Shown: positions 19,311 to 30,139, numbered from the stretch's first letter. The stretch is DNA of 64,000 nt from Promethearchaeota archaeon (GCA_030599585.1 JAUVNS010000004.1:64001-128000); one strand, 5' to 3'. Notes: generated by a model not told the origin, from the letters alone. Numbers and translations: made by a program.

Positions 19311-19748
19311 TCACTTAGAACCGTTTCTTTTTCTTAAATATTTTTCAAAAATGCGAAAAAGTTTTATATATCTTAGACCTTGGGAGAGAGAGCCTTCAAC
19401 CTTAATTTTTCCCTTCATAAAAGCGTCTGTACCGCTTACATCTTCTCTAAAAATTTTTATGATTAAATCCTTAGTAAGATTGATCTTAAATAACGCTTGA
19501 GGATTGACTCCTTTTTCGTAGTAAAGTCTGCCGTCTGATACTTCTAACCAATAATTAAAATCTGCATCAGTTACATATGTTTGGTAAATATCATCGTAAC
19601 CTAATAATTCTTCCTTAAGTTCTTCAGTGTTATTCATGATTTTTACGACTCCCTTAATGATTTTATCTAACGCATATTCAAATTTAACACCATTGCTCTC
19701 CAAATTTTCCAAAATCGAAATAATAGGGTTATGATTCGACATTAACAC
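19311..19748 (-). CDS. SCP2 sterol/lipid-binding domain protein
   Basis: TDAFMKGKIKVEGSL SCP2 motif; ELKEEL shared with neighbouring paralogs. Confidence 0.82.
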   Translation of the reverse strand: MLMSNHNPIISILENLESNGVKFEYALDKIIKGVVKIMNNTEELKEELLGYDDIYQTYVTDADFNYWLEVSDGRLYYEKGVNPQALFKINLTKDLIIKIFREDVSGTDAFMKGKIKVEGSLSQGLRYIKLFRIFEKYLRKRNGSK

Positions 19749-19922
19749 AAACGAGTTGCTGTTTACCTCTACTATAAGGCCTTATTCCTATAATCTAAAA
19801 GTAATAGGACAGCTATTTATTTGTTTTTATTCAGAAAAAAGGGGACAACAATAATAAGACAGGACTTTAATTATCTTGAAAAACTACTGCGATAATAAAA
19901 AAAGGGCGAAAAATCAAAATTA

Positions 19923-20492
19923 TCAATCCTTCTTGAATCTAACATAAAAGATTCCATCGATTGGGTCTTTTTCTACTACACTAAACCCATTAGAGGTGCC
20001 TAATTTTGCGTAGTATGCTAGATCTTGCTCTTTAATCCATTTTGTAGCGTATCCCGTTGATATATTTGTATCTCTAATCTTGACTTCAAGCATAAGACCA
20101 TAAAACTCTTTTTCATCCTTATCTCGCTTTGGAATTGGGAAATCCCAAACTACGAATTGTCCACCCTTTTTTAATACTCGGTGTATCTCTTGAAAAATTA
20201 TTTGGTGGTTTTCGAGGGGAATATACATTAATGTGAAAAAAGCAGTTACCGTATCAAAGGTCCCGTCTAAAAACTTCAATTCTTTTGCATCCATAATTAT
20301 TTTTAAATAGTCTCCAGGGGGTGCTTCCTTGAGTTCGGATTCGCGACGATCGATAGCAACTACGCTTTCACCTTTTAATAGTCCGATAATTCCTTCTCCT
20401 CCACCTCCAATATCTAAAATTCTTCCCGATAATTCAACATCAGTCAGATCAATATATTGCGGATCAATGAATTTAATATCCTCTTCAGTCAT
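19923..20492 (-). CDS. Class I SAM-dependent methyltransferase
   Basis: ILDIGGGGEG, FDTVTAFF, RVLKKGG. Confidence 0.88.
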   Translation of the reverse strand: MTEEDIKFIDPQYIDLTDVELSGRILDIGGGGEGIIGLLKGESVVAIDRRESELKEAPPGDYLKIIMDAKELKFLDGTFDTVTAFFTLMYIPLENHQIIFQEIHRVLKKGGQFVVWDFPIPKRDKDEKEFYGLMLEVKIRDTNISTGYATKWIKEQDLAYYAKLGTSNGFSVVEKDPIDGIFYVRFKKD

Positions 20493-20640
20493 ACCATATT
20501 CAATCTTTCAAACTTTTAATAATTTTATGCGAAAACAACGAGGTAAAAATGCCCTCCCTATTAATTAAATAAAATTTTTAAATCTGGTATCACTTTTTTT
20601 GTTATAGTAATATAGATTCAATCTGTTTTCTATTAAATAA

Positions 20641-20717
20641 GCCCATATAGTGTAGTACGGTTAGCATTAGGGACTGTCACTCCTTCGACCCGGGTTCAAC
20701 TCCCGGTGTGGGCGCCA
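20641..20717 (+). tRNA. tRNA-Asp(GTC), CCA encoded
   Basis: Acceptor GCCCATA/TGTGGGC; anticodon loop CTGTCAC; T arm CCGGG-TTCAACT-CCCGG; ends GCCA. Confidence 0.95.
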
Positions 20718-20950
20718 TTTTTTAACCTTTAATATCAATTATGTAAAACCTGCACTTTTTATTATTGTCGAAAAACTGACAAAATTATTCAAATCGAAGC
20801 CAGAATCGCCAAAGGCTAATAAAAATTTTATGATGTTTGTAGAGAAAACGATTAAAGGTTTTTATATCAAAATATCTTATCTATATTCATAATTTAATTT
20901 AATACTGAATCAAAAAAAGAAATTAAAATTTAAAAAGAGGTTTAACAATA

Positions 20951-21385
20951 ATGGTTGATAAAGCATTATTAAAAGAAATTAAAGCAGCAATGGATGCTGG
21001 CGCTGCCGCGTCTGATGTGAAAGACACTCTAAAGGTTTACGAGCTCTTCAAGCAAGTAGCTGAAGAGAACGAAGACTTAAAAGAGGAATTAGAAGACATG
21101 GATATCACCATCCAGATGAATATAACTGACGCCGATGCTAAGTTTTGGTTAAAAGCTCACGACGGTACTTTGGAATTTGGTGAGGGAGATGTTGAAAATC
21201 CATCGTTTACATTCTCTGCCACGAAAGAAATCGGTGCTGGAATGTTATTTGGCGAAGTTGACGCCACTAGCGCTTATATGGCCGGTGACATCACTGTAGA
21301 AGGTAATTTACAAGACGCTATGGCATTTCAGGAGATTATTGAACTTGCCTTAGAAGCTCTTGAAGATATGTTTGAAGAACTATAA
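20951..21385 (+). CDS. SCP2 sterol/lipid-binding domain protein (tandem paralog 1)
   Basis: GEVDATSAYMAGDITVEGNLQDAMAF. Confidence 0.9.
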   Translation: MVDKALLKEIKAAMDAGAAASDVKDTLKVYELFKQVAEENEDLKEELEDMDITIQMNITDADAKFWLKAHDGTLEFGEGDVENPSFTFSATKEIGAGMLFGEVDATSAYMAGDITVEGNLQDAMAFQEIIELALEALEDMFEEL

Positions 21386-21677
21386 AAATCCAACATTTCC
21401 TTCAATCTTATACCAAAATCTACTTTTTCTTTTATATTTTTTTTTTTTTTCCTACTATGTGTTAACTTAAAATTGGCAAATTTACCCTTTGAAATGCGAC
21501 AAATTTTGTAAACTAATTCTGTGCTAAACTGCTATACATTCGGATTTCGCACTATAAATAATAAGAGAAATAAAACCTTTTTATATAGTAAAGAGTTATA
21601 CATTATAGTATTTGTTTAATCGATCAAAATCATAAATAAAATACTAAACCAAAAAAGTAAAAAAAAGGTTAAAAATC

Positions 21678-22112
21678 ATGGTTGATGAAGCATTAATAAA
21701 AGAAATGAAAGGAAAATTTGACGCCGGAGCAGCTGCCTCGGACGTAATGGATTCGTTAAAAGTATTCGAGTTATTCAAACAGATTGCTGTAGAGAACGAA
21801 GACTTGAAGGAAGAGTTAGAAGACATGGATATTACGATCCAAATGTTAATTACGGACGAAGATAAAAAGTTTTGGTTAAAGGCAAAAGAAGGTACTCTAG
21901 AATACGGCGAAGGTGACGTAGAAAATCCATCGTTCACATTCTCCGCTACAAAAGAAGTAGGTTCTGGTATGTTATTCGGCGAAGTTGACGCAACTAGCGC
22001 TTACATGGCTGGTGACATTACCGTTGAAGGTAATCTTCAAGATGCAATGGCCTTTCAAGAGATTATTGAATTAGCTTTAGAAGCGTACGAAGATTTAGCT
22101 GAAGATTTATAA
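21678..22112 (+). CDS. SCP2 sterol/lipid-binding domain protein (tandem paralog 2)
   Basis: Same motif; about 121/144 residues identical to paralog 1 by manual count. Confidence 0.9.
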   Translation: MVDEALIKEMKGKFDAGAAASDVMDSLKVFELFKQIAVENEDLKEELEDMDITIQMLITDEDKKFWLKAKEGTLEYGEGDVENPSFTFSATKEVGSGMLFGEVDATSAYMAGDITVEGNLQDAMAFQEIIELALEAYEDLAEDL

Positions 22113-22193
22113 AAAGGCTATAATCTAATCACTATAAAACCTTACGCGAAATCATTATCTATTTTTTTTTATATTTTAATTCTTTTAATAAAT

Positions 22194-23456
22194 TTAATTT
22201 CTATTCTCTCTAGCTTCAACTTTAAAGATTTTATCATTTTTTTTTACCGGTTTATCGACTAGAATACCCATTGTTAATCGGTCGTTTTTTGTTTTTACTC
22301 GAGGTGTTTCTGTTAAGTGTTTTTTTTGCTTTATTTGTAATGAGGTAATTTTTTGTCGCAAATATGTATCCGTATGCGTGCCAATTATGAATATTTCATC
22401 ATCTAATTTTAAGCTTCCTTTTGTTAACAAGATTTTCGCTGCTTTTTTATCGGGAAAGTAAGAGAGTACTTTTCCAATTTCCACTTTTTTAAAATCGGAA
22501 ATGTTACCGTCATGTTCTCTTTGAATTTCGCTGCCCTTAGGTAGCCCAAAGTAAAAACCTGTTGAAAATCCTCGGTTATAAACTTTATTTAAACGTTTTA
22601 ACCATTCAATGACTTTCTCTTGTGTAAAAGTCTTCTCGTAGTAAGCATCAATCGCTTCTTTATAGCACGAAGTCGTTTCTTCTACGTATATTGGGTCCCG
22701 CATTCGACCTTCGATTTTAAAAGCGTCAATACCGGCTTCAATTAATTGAGGGATATATTTTATCATGCATAAGTCTTTGGCATTAATGAAAAAAGCGCCA
22801 TCGTAGAGGAATTCGTTTGATTGGTCGTCGATTACTCGCCACCTTCTCCTACATGGCTGAACGCATCTACCTCTATTAGCTGAATATTCTTGAGATTCAC
22901 AAACTTCAGCCGAAAAGTAACATCGGCCTGAAATAGACGTACATTGTGCTCCATGAACAAATATTTCAATTTCAGCCTTGTGAATTTTACTTTTTATATC
23001 TTTGATTTGATTCAAGGATAACTCTCTAGCAAGAATTAGCCGTTCCGCTCCTAAATTTTCGTAAAATTGGGCTGTTCGAGAGTTTGAAATATTTGCTTGA
23101 GTTGAGATGTGGAAAGATAATCCCTTTTCTTTAATCAACTCAATTACTCCAATGTCGTGAACAATGATAGCATCTACATTTGCTTTAGCGGCAGTATCTA
23201 AGACTTTGTCAAGAAGGTCAAATTCGTTTTCATACATGACTACATTCGTGGTCATGTAAGCTTTAATCTTGTTTTGGTGACATTTTTTCACTATGTTTTC
23301 TAAATCTTCGAGTCTGAAATTATCGCTAAACATTCTCATGTTAAAGGCTTCAACACCGAAATAAACTGCGTCAGCTTTACCCTGAACTGCGTTTAATGAT
23401 TTGGCATTCTTGAGTGGTGCCATTAGTTCTACTTTTTTTTGTTTGATTTCTAGCAT
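22194..23456 (-). CDS. U32 peptidase-family Fe-S protein (TrhP/RlhA-like RNA hydroxylation family)
   Basis: ELMAP, ADAVYFG, HISTQ, ILAREL, HGAQCTSISGRC..ANRGRCVQPCR, KIEGR. Confidence 0.9.
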   Translation of the reverse strand: MLEIKQKKVELMAPLKNAKSLNAVQGKADAVYFGVEAFNMRMFSDNFRLEDLENIVKKCHQNKIKAYMTTNVVMYENEFDLLDKVLDTAAKANVDAIIVHDIGVIELIKEKGLSFHISTQANISNSRTAQFYENLGAERLILARELSLNQIKDIKSKIHKAEIEIFVHGAQCTSISGRCYFSAEVCESQEYSANRGRCVQPCRRRWRVIDDQSNEFLYDGAFFINAKDLCMIKYIPQLIEAGIDAFKIEGRMRDPIYVEETTSCYKEAIDAYYEKTFTQEKVIEWLKRLNKVYNRGFSTGFYFGLPKGSEIQREHDGNISDFKKVEIGKVLSYFPDKKAAKILLTKGSLKLDDEIFIIGTHTDTYLRQKITSLQIKQKKHLTETPRVKTKNDRLTMGILVDKPVKKNDKIFKVEARENRN

Positions 23457-23564
23457 TTTATTGTTATGAACAGTTACAATATACTAATTGAAATTAGAAT
23501 TAAATTAATTTACACTCTATAAAAATAAATGATAAAAAGAATAAAAAAAAATTGCTTGTATTTA

Positions 23565-25283
23565 TTAAAGAACGGTAAACCATAGATAGAAGAGGAAAGC
23601 GCCGATTATAAAGAACAGTACTGCTGAAATGTAAGTCATGTGCTTTGAATAATTACGGAAGCTTTTACCAGATTCTGTCCAAATTTTATCTACTTGAAAG
23701 TATGGGTTTGGACCTCGTCTGTACCACCCTTGAATTCTTACTTTTTGTCCTACTAATTGATCTGCTCTCCTGAGTGCCCACCAGAAATCCATAAGCCTAA
23801 ACCCAAATCGGTAATCGATGTACATTAAGCCAGTATTGTCTTGAAAGTATAAGTCTTCCGACAACCAATATCCTGCTATACCTTTCCCTACGATTACACC
23901 TTCAATAATGGATGGTTTGGGACGTACTGGAGATACATTTATTGTAGTAATTAATTCTACGACGTTGTTAGGCTCAAATCCGCTCCGGTACATAAAAGAT
24001 GTTCTACCAATAACACCAATTCCCATAACGAAAAATCCGATAGCCCACAGAAGGATTATGTTATTTATTGTAGTTAAAGTTCCAATGGGCAAAAAACCTA
24101 AAAATCCGAATATCCATACAGCTGAAAAGGCGATTAATATTACAAATACTATGGTCGGCAATTTGCTTACGAAAAGATCGGTTATAAATTCACCCGCCAT
24201 TGATTTGCCTTCCTGATATTCTTTGATTTTTCTTGCTTCGGAGAAATCGTATTCAATAGGAACTCCATATGTTGCACATTGTTCGTTTAATCGTTGAATT
24301 CTTTTTGCAGGTAATGGAAGTGTGCTGAAAGTTTGGAAGTATTTCGCCCATGGATTAAAGAGATCCCATCCTGCTGCTGCTTCAACTGCGTATTTTGATA
24401 ATTTACCGTTGCTATCCATAGTTTGGACAGCTAAATCTCTAGCCTTCTTTGGATCAAAAATCCCTAAACCTCGTAGTCCTCTCATACTAGATTTTTGTTT
24501 CTCCTTAATTTCAGCTTCAGTGCCGCTTGCGAGCAGACCGTAAGCGATTTTGATGAGCGCAGTTGATAAATAATTTGGATTTTCGGTTAATTCCGCGGCA
24601 TGTTGATCAGCGAAATATTCACGAATTCGACTCACGACCAGTGATATTAAGTAGCCGATGTAATAAGATATGTAAGAAACTACAGCTACAACAATTAAAG
24701 CTATAGCAATATAACTTCCTGCGTCGTCGTCTTTAGAGCGTCTAAAACCTGAAAAACGTACAGCATAGAAAGACCACCTTGCTATCGTTAACAATATTAA
24801 AGGAATTGCAAATACTACCGTCATTAAAATGAAATCATTATGTACGATGTGACCTAACTCGTGAGCTACCACTGCTCTTTGCTCGTTCTCGTCTAAGTAA
24901 TGAAAGATGCCATCCGTAATTACTATTTTTGCGGTATTCTTAGACCACCCATATGAAAAAGTTTGAGGGTTAAAGTCGTGAATTATTCCCATTCTTGGGG
25001 GTTTAATTTCCCTGATTGCCACAACCTTGTCTACTGCGTCAGCTAAATGAGGGTATTTATATGTGAAATCCTCATACTCCATCCATTCGATTCTATACAT
25101 CCAATTAATAAATACAGGACCCATACCATATTGAAATAAAACTATTAGAATCGTTAAAGCAATCATTATTAACAATCCAAAAAGATTGCCTGGTAAAAAC
25201 CAAACTCCGATAGTAAAAACTACTGCATAGATAAGTGCAAATAGAAACATTATTGCAAGGGTAGATGCTAATTTTAATCCCAT
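23565..25283 (-). CDS. HtpX-like M48 zinc metalloprotease with C-terminal membrane/OB-like extension
   Basis: AHELGH, SRIREYFAD; the usual STHP reads STLP. Confidence 0.85.
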   Translation of the reverse strand: MGLKLASTLAIMFLFALIYAVVFTIGVWFLPGNLFGLLIMIALTILIVLFQYGMGPVFINWMYRIEWMEYEDFTYKYPHLADAVDKVVAIREIKPPRMGIIHDFNPQTFSYGWSKNTAKIVITDGIFHYLDENEQRAVVAHELGHIVHNDFILMTVVFAIPLILLTIARWSFYAVRFSGFRRSKDDDAGSYIAIALIVVAVVSYISYYIGYLISLVVSRIREYFADQHAAELTENPNYLSTALIKIAYGLLASGTEAEIKEKQKSSMRGLRGLGIFDPKKARDLAVQTMDSNGKLSKYAVEAAAGWDLFNPWAKYFQTFSTLPLPAKRIQRLNEQCATYGVPIEYDFSEARKIKEYQEGKSMAGEFITDLFVSKLPTIVFVILIAFSAVWIFGFLGFLPIGTLTTINNIILLWAIGFFVMGIGVIGRTSFMYRSGFEPNNVVELITTINVSPVRPKPSIIEGVIVGKGIAGYWLSEDLYFQDNTGLMYIDYRFGFRLMDFWWALRRADQLVGQKVRIQGWYRRGPNPYFQVDKIWTESGKSFRNYSKHMTYISAVLFFIIGAFLFYLWFTVL

Positions 25284-25487
25284 TTTTAATCTCTCAATGT
25301 TTAGTTAATATTTTTAAAATTTTTGATAGGTTTTCTAATTGTTAAATTACATGCAGTTCTTAATAAATAATTTTATCTATTAGAATTTGAAAGTGCTGCA
25401 TTTTTGGACAGATTTCGAAAAGAATAAAATAGATTATTTTATTGTTACTTCAACTAAATTTTCAATTATCGTTTAGGTGGTTCTACT

Positions 25488-26123
25488 ATAGATGCTAAGC
25501 TGAAGCTTTTATGCGAAGCAACCGACAATCTTATAAAACAACAGTTTTATCAGAGCGGTAACGATGTTATCGTAGGGAGAACGCCAGAAATTTCAATCAA
25601 AATAAAGAACTCGGGTCAAATTATTAAGAAATATGAGAATATATTTAACGAAAACCTTCATTATTTCTTAGAGGGTCAATACATGGATTTTTTTAAGCCT
25701 TTTATGAAAATAAAAGGAATAGATGAGAATCACATACGCGAAATATATCAAGACATTCAAATTAAACTGGCGGCAATGCATGGTACCGAATTTGATGTTG
25801 TACTTATGTATACCATCGTCGTTAGTTCATTGACAACAAGTATCCGAGAGATTCAGTTTAATTATTCACTCCAAGATATTATTGTGAGAGCGAAGAAACA
25901 TTCTGCTAACTTGAGTAAAAAACAAATTCAGGGCGAATTAGAAAAACTTTTTATGCGTAATAATAAAAATGTGTCGATATTGTACAACTTATCCTATATT
26001 GATGCTTTAGCAGAGTCATTTAACTATTTAAAAACAGCTCGTATCTGTAAAATTCAAAAGAGTAAATATATTAACCGTATTGTGGATATAATAGTGAAAT
26101 CAAACGATAAAATCTCTAAATAG
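25488..26123 (+). CDS. Hypothetical protein (likely ATA start, 65 codons upstream of the track's ATG)
   Basis: Frame is open from ATA 25488 (IDAKLKLLCEATDNLIKQQFYQSG..), with AGGTGG 7 nt upstream. Confidence 0.65.
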   Translation: MDAKLKLLCEATDNLIKQQFYQSGNDVIVGRTPEISIKIKNSGQIIKKYENIFNENLHYFLEGQYMDFFKPFMKIKGIDENHIREIYQDIQIKLAAMHGTEFDVVLMYTIVVSSLTTSIREIQFNYSLQDIIVRAKKHSANLSKKQIQGELEKLFMRNNKNVSILYNLSYIDALAESFNYLKTARICKIQKSKYINRIVDIIVKSNDKISK

Positions 26124-26138
26124 AATAGGTGTCAATAT

Positions 26139-26993
26139 ATTCTAATTACGGAATTCCATCAATTTTATAAAAAGAAAGGATTAAACCAAGAAGTCGTAAA
26201 AACGTTTCAATCTTTTATTTTTGCATATTTCAAGCAATCCGGACGAGACTTTCCTTTTAGGAAAGACATTACTCCTTATAATGTGCTTGTTTCAGAAATG
26301 ATGCTGCAACAAACTCAAACTAATAGGGTCAGCGAAAAATTCCAAGAATTCATTAAGAAATTTCCTGATTTTAAGACACTGGATAATGCGCCTCTTAACG
26401 AAATTCTCCAACTTTGGCAAGGGTTAGGCTATAATCGTAGAGCTGTCGCTCTCAAAAAGATAGCTGAAAAGGTAGTGAACGAATTTGATTGTATATTACC
26501 TGCTGATGTTGAAATATTGAAATCGTTTCCTCAAATTGGTCATAATACAGCCTCTTCAATAGTTGCTTTTGCGTTTAATTTACCTACCTTTTTTATTGAG
26601 GTAAATATCAGACGCGTTTATATTTATTTCTTTTTTCCTGGTAAATCTTTAATTAATGACAAAGATATCATGCCACTTGTACGAAAAACACTAGAACTTT
26701 CTAATGTGCGTAATTGGTATTATGCTCTTATGGATTACGGAGTTATGCTAAAAAAAACACATCCCGAATTGAACAAAAGGAGCGCCCATTATCGAAAACA
26801 GTCAAAGTTTAAAGGATCGAACAGGGAATTAAGGGGTAAGATTTTAAAGCTCATAATCGAAAGAAAACTTTTAACCGAAGCTGAGATTCTTAAGTATTTG
26901 CGTAGTGAACCTAAAAAAGTAGGATTAATATTAAATCAATTAACACAAGAAGGTTTCATTAATCGTAATGAGGATGGATATTTCATAGCTTAA
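26139..26993 (+). CDS. mutY: MutY-like A/G-specific adenine glycosylase, cluster-less (ATT start)
   Basis: The in-frame upstream region GRDFPFRKDITPYN joins VLVSEMMLQQT; WQGLGYNRRA, HhH, ALMDYG. ATT 26139 follows AGGTG. Confidence 0.85.
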   Translation: MLITEFHQFYKKKGLNQEVVKTFQSFIFAYFKQSGRDFPFRKDITPYNVLVSEMMLQQTQTNRVSEKFQEFIKKFPDFKTLDNAPLNEILQLWQGLGYNRRAVALKKIAEKVVNEFDCILPADVEILKSFPQIGHNTASSIVAFAFNLPTFFIEVNIRRVYIYFFFPGKSLINDKDIMPLVRKTLELSNVRNWYYALMDYGVMLKKTHPELNKRSAHYRKQSKFKGSNRELRGKILKLIIERKLLTEAEILKYLRSEPKKVGLILNQLTQEGFINRNEDGYFIA

Positions 26994-28276
26994 TTCATTT
27001 TCTTTAAGTATTTAGAAATTTCCTTTGCGAGTTTTTCTTGTTTCTTCCATTCACCATAAGCTAGGCCTTGTGAACTTAATTTTGAAATTGTTTTTATTAT
27101 TTTCTCGTCAACATCTTTAACATCTTCGTAGGCAAATTTTGTAAGTGGCAAAGGCATGAATGTGTGGGAATGAATTTTTGCTCCCAAGTCCGATATTTTA
27201 TACATAAAATCTATAGTAAGATCGATATCTTCTTCTGTTTCATTTGGTAGGTTGAAAATAAAATCTACATTTGGGGTAAGTCCTGCTTCTAATGTTAATT
27301 TAACTGCATTATAGACATCATTAGTGGAGTGACCTCTGTTGCATGAATTTAATACCTTTTGACTTCCAGATTGGGCTCCTAATACGATATTATCGTTGGA
27401 GGCATATTTTAGTACTAATCCTAACGATTCTTTTGTTACATGCTCGGGACGAACTTCTGACGGGAAGGATCCAAGGTAAATCTTTCCTTTCGGTTTTATT
27501 ATATTTGTTATTTCGATCAGCAAATTTTCTAAAAGAGGTAATTTAAGTGATTTCCCATCAGGTGAGCCGTAAGAAAACGCATTTGGAGTTATAAATCTAA
27601 TATCTGTTTTACCGTAAGTTTTCATGAAACTAACTGCACTACAAATTGATTTGATACTTCTATGTCTGGGGCGCGTCCCTAAAAGATAAGGCGTTTGACA
27701 AAAATAGCAAGCAAAAGGACATCCTCTCGTTATTTCAATAGCTCCAAATTTTACATTTTTGATCGGAAGAGGAGGATACTTATCCAGATCGATCCATCTT
27801 CTCTTTTTTGATGTAATTAAAATTTTATCTTTATTAAAATAAGCGATACCCCTAATTGCATCAAAATTTTTATTATTTTTAACATTACAAAGAATCTCAA
27901 TTAATGTTTCTTCTCCTTCCCCTACTACAACTATATCAAATCCCATTTTAAGAGTTCCTTTTGGATCCCCAGTTGGATGTGGCCCTCCTGCAATAAATAA
28001 AACTCTTTCTTTATATTTAGCTCGTAATAGTTGAAGTAAATCATTAATTTCCCATAATTGTGTTGTGAAAAAGGAGATGCCTAACACTACTTTTTGGTGA
28101 TTTTCACAAATTCTTTCCAATTCTTTATCCAGATTCTCAGAACCCCTAACAAAGTATAGCTTAACATCTTCCAATTCTTCCACTGTTTCTAATGCTCCTA
28201 TTAAAGCATTGAAACTGTAAATATTTTTTTTTTGATAAAAGACAACAAATGCTATTTTTTTACTCAAAGCTAACAC
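26990..28276 (-). CDS. B12-binding domain / radical SAM protein
   Basis: AGGPHPTG, GEGEETL, IEITRGCPFACYFCQTP, GSFPSEVRPE. Confidence 0.9.
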   Translation of the reverse strand: MLALSKKIAFVVFYQKKNIYSFNALIGALETVEELEDVKLYFVRGSENLDKELERICENHQKVVLGISFFTTQLWEINDLLQLLRAKYKERVLFIAGGPHPTGDPKGTLKMGFDIVVVGEGEETLIEILCNVKNNKNFDAIRGIAYFNKDKILITSKKRRWIDLDKYPPLPIKNVKFGAIEITRGCPFACYFCQTPYLLGTRPRHRSIKSICSAVSFMKTYGKTDIRFITPNAFSYGSPDGKSLKLPLLENLLIEITNIIKPKGKIYLGSFPSEVRPEHVTKESLGLVLKYASNDNIVLGAQSGSQKVLNSCNRGHSTNDVYNAVKLTLEAGLTPNVDFIFNLPNETEEDIDLTIDFMYKISDLGAKIHSHTFMPLPLTKFAYEDVKDVDEKIIKTISKLSSQGLAYGEWKKQEKLAKEISKYLKKMN

Positions 28277-28378
28277 ATAATAATATGATACTTGATTTTA
28301 TATTTAGAATAAAGAATCTATCATAAAATAAAATTATATTACATAACCAGACTAATAAAAATTAAAAGTGAGTACAAT

Positions 28379-28828
28379 ATGCTTTTTGTAGATATATTTG
28401 CTACAGATCCATCCATGGTTGGGATTGCGTGGTTCGATTTTTATTCAATCGGACACCTCTGCTTTGGAATTGGTGTGTTCCTTTTTTTTAGCTTGTTTTA
28501 TACTATCCCTAAACACAAGGGTAAAACACCCATATTTTCTCTACTCTTTGTTTTCATCTTAACTTTGGGGATTTTAATCCTATGGGAAGTTTTAGAACAT
28601 TTCTTATTTATGGATCTCGGTTGGAAGTTCGAAGGTCGCGCCGATAGTTGGCAAAATATTACAACCGATCTAATAATAGGGACTTTTGGTGGTATAGTAT
28701 CGTGGATCTTTTGCCATGAAGTCTTTGTAAAGGACAAAAATATTTGGTCTTACTACATTTTCGGTATTTTAGGATTTACAGTGTGGCTTGTCGTGTTTAT
28801 GATACTACGCGCTCTTATAATAACATAA
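28379..28828 (+). CDS. Membrane protein, hypothetical
   Basis: Four hydrophobic helices; D.YSIGH, WEVLE and NITTD polar motifs. Confidence 0.7.
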   Translation: MLFVDIFATDPSMVGIAWFDFYSIGHLCFGIGVFLFFSLFYTIPKHKGKTPIFSLLFVFILTLGILILWEVLEHFLFMDLGWKFEGRADSWQNITTDLIIGTFGGIVSWIFCHEVFVKDKNIWSYYIFGILGFTVWLVVFMILRALIIT

Positions 28829-28877
28829 TAAACCTAAACCTATTTTTTTATATTTTATTTCTTTTTTTATTATAATA

Positions 28878-29660
28878 ATGGTATTCGAAAAAGATAAAAC
28901 ATTAAATCATGATATTTATATCGAATATTGTCAAGGCTCTATCCCTCTCATCATTTCAGTACCTCACGGTGGTTCTCTCATGATTGAAGAAATTCCTGAC
29001 AGAGTTGAAGGGATTCACGGAGTGGATAGAAATACGGTGAACATAGCTTGTTCTTTAAGAAAAAAAATTAGTAAACTTTTCAGTCTAAATCAAGAGAATA
29101 CGAAGGTTCCATCTTACATTATTTCTAAAGTACATAGAATTAAAATTGATTTTAATAGGAAAGAATCCAAAGCGTTTAATAAAGGATCAACTACGGCTAA
29201 AATATTATATCATTCCTACCATAAAACATTATTAAACTTAATCTCCTACAATTTAGACAAGTTTAACAGGTCATTATTAGTAGATATTCATGGGTTTGAA
29301 AAAAAAAAGAGACCTATTGGATTAAGAGATGTAGAACTAGTTTTAGGGACAAGCAATTTTAAATCAATGTTTTCGCCTGTTTTACCAAAAAAAGACTGGG
29401 GTAATAATCTTCGTGGGAATATTATAAAGAAGTTTAATGAATTAAACATCGCAATCGCACCTGGCCATCCCAGAAGGAGAGAATATGTTTTAACGGGAGG
29501 ATATACCATTACCAATTATGGAGCAAGGCAAATAAAAAATAGTCAAACAATTCAGATAGAGTTTTCAGATAAAATTCGCCTTGAAGACGATATTTTGAAA
29601 GAAACGGTATTAGATGTTTTGGCTCAACTACTCTACAATGAATGTACCATTGCAAAATAA
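28878..29660 (+). CDS. N-formylglutamate amidohydrolase-family protein
   Basis: ISVPHGG, IDFNR, LVDIHG, GGYT, IQIEF. Confidence 0.8.
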   Translation: MVFEKDKTLNHDIYIEYCQGSIPLIISVPHGGSLMIEEIPDRVEGIHGVDRNTVNIACSLRKKISKLFSLNQENTKVPSYIISKVHRIKIDFNRKESKAFNKGSTTAKILYHSYHKTLLNLISYNLDKFNRSLLVDIHGFEKKKRPIGLRDVELVLGTSNFKSMFSPVLPKKDWGNNLRGNIIKKFNELNIAIAPGHPRRREYVLTGGYTITNYGARQIKNSQTIQIEFSDKIRLEDDILKETVLDVLAQLLYNECTIAK

Positions 29661-29803
29661 GCGATATTAATAAAAAAAAATCCCAATCAATTCCTTGAAA
29701 TAATTATTTTTTCCAAACTAAAAACAGTATTTTGATGAATTATAAATAATAAAACTCTTTCTAGGTTATATAAAAATTAACTCCATCATTTTGGCTTATT
29801 TTT

Positions 29804-30139
29804 ATGAGTGATGATAAGATTGACATTAGCGATTTAGAATCGTTTATCAACGGTTTAAAAACGTCTCTAGATATGCTTGATGGAGCGGATCCATCTCAAT
29901 CAAAAGGTTTTCAAGCTTCCTTAGCTAAAACGATCTCTGCTTTAAGGATAAAAAGAACTGAAAAATTTGAACCATTACCTAAAATTTTGGGTAATGTAAC
30001 TAAAGAAGATATAAAGAATTACTTGTTAAAGGAATTAGAACAACTAACAGACTATTTAGATAATCAAAAATATCCTAAGGGTAAATTTGCTTTAGTGAAA
30101 AAAATCGTTCACTTAAGAGCTGAAATAAATCGAATGTAA
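29804..30139 (+). CDS. Hypothetical protein
   Basis: 111-aa helical ORF with its own upstream AT-rich region. Confidence 0.65.
   Translation: MSDDKIDISDLESFINGLKTSLDMLDGADPSQSKGFQASLAKTISALRIKRTEKFEPLPKILGNVTKEDIKNYLLKELEQLTDYLDNQKYPKGKFALVKKIVHLRAEINRM

Noticed and set aside
3407-20717. Integrated elements at the four tRNA genes
   Set aside because: No integrase and no duplicated tRNA 3' ends were seen.
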